Of a stretch of 64,000 bases of DNA, positions 60,868-64,000 are shown in pieces. The stretch is from Tubulanus polymorphus (Eukaryota; Animalia; Nemertea). A program made the position numbers and the translations under genes. Every line of letters starts with the position of its first letter. Position 1 is the stretch's first letter. The stretch is from NCBI RefSeq assembly GCF_964204645.1, contig NC_134027.1:18252560-18316559 (forward strand). Direction: 5' to 3'. The notes beneath the pieces are model-generated. The model saw only the letters and a program-made list of their open reading frames with translations, was not told where the DNA came from and did not search any database.

Positions 60868-63800
60868 TAGGAGTCAGTTTGTCATCGAAGCAATACAGTC
60901 TAACTTGTTGACGTCTCAGATGCAGTGGGGCAGGGCGGTCATTATATTGTGGACTTATCCAAATTACACTTACACAGCCCAACGTGTTTCAGTGTGTAAA
61001 CTATGTCGTACTGGGCATTATAACACAGTGAGGAATTGAGTTTTAGCCACCTGAGCCCTCGGCTTGATTCGAGCAAAAAGACCTTAACTGACTTCAGGGA
61101 ATTTGATTATGAGTCAAGGATTTTCTAAATTTCCGAATGCTTTCTCTGGTTTTAAGATCAATTCAAATTCAATCTTCAATACATAAAAATAAGTCAAATA
61201 AATTTGTATTTTATTGAAAGAAATTCTACTGAAGACAGATTTTGAAATGAAGGATATATCCAGGCTAATAATTACAGCAGAATCAACTGATGATCATCAA
61301 GGTGAAGTTTTCATTCATCTTCGGCTAATTTGTCTACCCTGATGATTGAAGCATTTTGGTTACTCGCGCCAATTAGTCAGCCACCGTCGATTTTCATGCC
61401 ATCTGACCTCTTTCCATCTGTAATTAAGCAATCAAATGTAAGAATTACTTAGTTAAGGAGCGAAATAAATTATAGATATCTTAGGAGACTAATTCAAATC
61501 ATGAGTTTGTTGTGAAAATCTATTACTACAGTCTCGTAGAGCATAGACACCAAGCCACGTGGCATTGGTATTTTAAGGGCTATTCAGTTTACTCCAAAAC
61601 AAGTCTATGATTAACATTAAAAAAGCTTCATATCAAGGGTATGTCACAGGACTCGTGGCGCCCATGAATTATCATACCATAATAACAATGAATCCAATTC
61701 TACATGTACGTTAGCACGACTGATTACTAATCCAAATATTGCATTACAAAAAAAAATTACGCAAAACGTCAAGTACTTACAGCATCTGAGACAGTTGCGC
61801 TTCAGTTAGAGTGTTAAGTTACGTCTTTGGCTGTCAATGTCGAAAAAGCCTAATTTGAAACATGCATTTGCGCACTGTGGTTTAATATTCCTGCAAGAAT
61901 CCGCAAAGGAATTGAAGACCGTAGTGACCAGTTCATTCCACGAATAATAGCTGGAAAGAAAGTAATCAAAATAAATTGTCGTGCACATTCAGTGTAAACC
62001 AGGCCATAACTAGCTGCTATTAAGGCATTCCACTGACTGGCTCTACCCACTATATTTAGGGCCTAAATCTATTCTAGGCGCATCCCCCAAAAAAACTAGG
62101 CATTAGGCCTTAGTAAGTAGCCAACAATGAACATTGCTTCACCGAGTACTCATTTGCGACCATAAGATCTTACTCATATAGGTTAACGGATTCTCACCTT
62201 AAAATACATAAACTCCGCTGTCGTTGTCATCGATCCGAGTCGTCAACTGAACGCGGAAGTAAAATTCCTACAATTTCGGTCCATATCGCTTTGGTTTAAG
62301 CCAGAAATCTTCAGGAAATGTAGCCAACGTAAATTGATTTACGAATAGAATTAATCAATTGACTCATTTTAGAAATCATGGTTTCGTGAAATTCATTAAA
62401 GTCCTAAAACTCGCGATAAATTTAAGCCGAAAATGATTTCAACCATCCACCATGTTGTTTCATTAATAAAACAATTGTTGCGCGCCGGCACTGTACTGAT
62501 GTGTGTCCTGCCTGAATGCATGGTTTCACTAGGATTCGAACCCTCAACCTCTCAGTCAAACACTTTATCCACCCCTGCCACAGCCAGGACGCGTCTTTTA
62601 TCGTTAGTGGGAGTACTCGACACGGCGAGTGGCGATTGCTACTATCACCCGGTGTTATCTTACAGTAAGTGATTTCAAGTTTAAAATAGGATGAAGAGTG
62701 CATTGATAGAATCTACGCGGAGAGAAAGTCTGTTATATTTCTATCAGAATTCAAAATTCCGTTTAGTAGTTGTTGAATCTGAGAGACGATGAATTTTATG
62801 TGATGAAAAAAAGTGGAAAATATGTAAATGATAATAATAACAATCAACAGAATTACAAGAGGGTTTTCGACGAAAGTCGGAAAACCCTAATAAGAAACAC
62901 GCGAATCTCAATAGGGTTTTCTGTGATGTAACAGAAAACCCTAATAATAATTTATAGTCATGTTTGAAATATTTGGATCAGTATCAGTCGTGCTAATGTA
63001 CATGCAGAATTGGATTCCGAATCATTGCTATTATGGGATGATAATTCACGGGCTTCAAGAGTCCTACGATATACCCTTGATGTGAAGCTTTTAAAAGTTT
63101 ATCAGAGACTTGTTTTGGAGTAAACCGAATAGCCCTTAAAATACCGATTCCACATGGCTTAACGGCCAGTGTCTATGCTCTGCGAGACAGTAGTAATAGA
63201 TTATATGTTTCACGATAAACGCACGATTTAGATATTTATTATACTTTCTTTCACTCCTCTATTATATTACATAACTGAGTAATTCTTACATTAGATTGCT
63301 TAATTACAGGCGGAAAGAGGTCAGATGGCATGAAAATCGACTGTGGCTGACTAATTGACGCGCGCAGATAAAGCGTTGAGGTTTCAAAAGGTGTCGCCAA
63401 AATGCTTGTATCATCAGGGGTAGACAAATTATCTGAAAGATAAATGAAAACTCCACCTTGTCGATCGTCAGTTGATTTAGCTGTAATTATTTCGTCTGGA
63501 TCAATCGACACATAATTCATTTCAAAATCTGTGTTCAGTAGAATTTCTTTCAATAAAATAAGAATCTATTTGACTAATTTTTTGCTAATGTATTCAGGAG
63601 TGAATTTTAATTGATTTAAAATCAGAGAAAGCATTCTTCAAAAATTTAGAAAATCCTAGACTCATAATCAAATTCTGTGAAGTCATTTAGGTCTTTTGCT
63701 CGAATCAAGCCAAGGGCTCAGGTGGCTAAAATACAATTCCTCACTATCCTGTAACGCCGAGTACGACGAGTTTACACACTGAAAAACTTTGCGCTGTATA

Positions 63801-63912
63801 AGTGTAATTTGGATAAGTCAGCATTATAATAACGGCCCTGTCCCGCGAGCTCCATCTGAGACATAAACAAGTTGGACTGTATTGCTTCGATGCTTTGACA
63901 AATGGACTCCTA
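60868..63912. repeat. Long diverged inverted repeat with arms at ~60868-61740 and ~62967-63912
   Basis: For example TTTTAGCCACCTGAGCCCTCGGCTTGATTCGAGCAAAA (61041) pairs with its reverse complement at ~63695-63731; colinear over ~900 bp. Confidence 0.85.
62500..62590 (-). other. tRNA-derived SINE-like head
   Basis: On the minus strand: GGCTGTGGCAGGGGTGGATAAAG...GGTTCGAATCCT. Confidence 0.4.
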
Positions 63913-64000
63913 ATATCCTCATATCCAGCATAATGTTGACCCAGGTTGCGCTCTCCAAGCTGCTATGCAGCTTTATTTTGTATTAGTTTGTTAACTGCGG

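Overview
Eukaryotic, AT-rich, transposon-dense DNA, probably from a metazoan (inference); no intact host gene was recognised. The window is dominated by one family of Polinton/Maverick-like (adintovirus/PLV-type) endogenous viruses. Copy A (1394-17356) has both ends: AG...CT termini, ~400-bp TIRs and a 6-bp TSD GAAATC. It is inserted into the SWIM-YqaJ gene of a degenerate ISL2EU/Harbinger transposon. At least six more decayed fragments follow (20255-24433, 25668-32580, 32813-33124, 37055-37670, 40780-50658 with 54741-56590, and 57975-58722). Together they give a gene set of pPolB, rve integrase, A32-like packaging ATPase, major and minor capsid proteins, HNH nuclease, several membrane proteins and a hypervariable Zn-finger gene. 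No adenain protease was seen. Four features are unusual. (i) Each terminus is an imperfect hairpin (189 nt in copies A and E) with compensatory changes between copies, and it occurs as flip and flop isomers. (ii) Most genes start within TAAATG, preceded by a T-tract (structural block) or an A-tract (mostly replication genes), which mirrors poxvirus late and intermediate promoters. (iii) Inverted repeats of unrelated sequence sit where the gene blocks converge. (iv) A 27-nt GC-rich in-frame insert recurs in three unrelated genes. These suggest a virophage-like element that uses a cytoplasmic pox/asfar-like helper virus, which is a hypothesis. The rest is a 31-bp satellite, Helentron/DINE-like elements, a solo LTR, SINE-like heads, a LINE RT fragment and a long inverted repeat.
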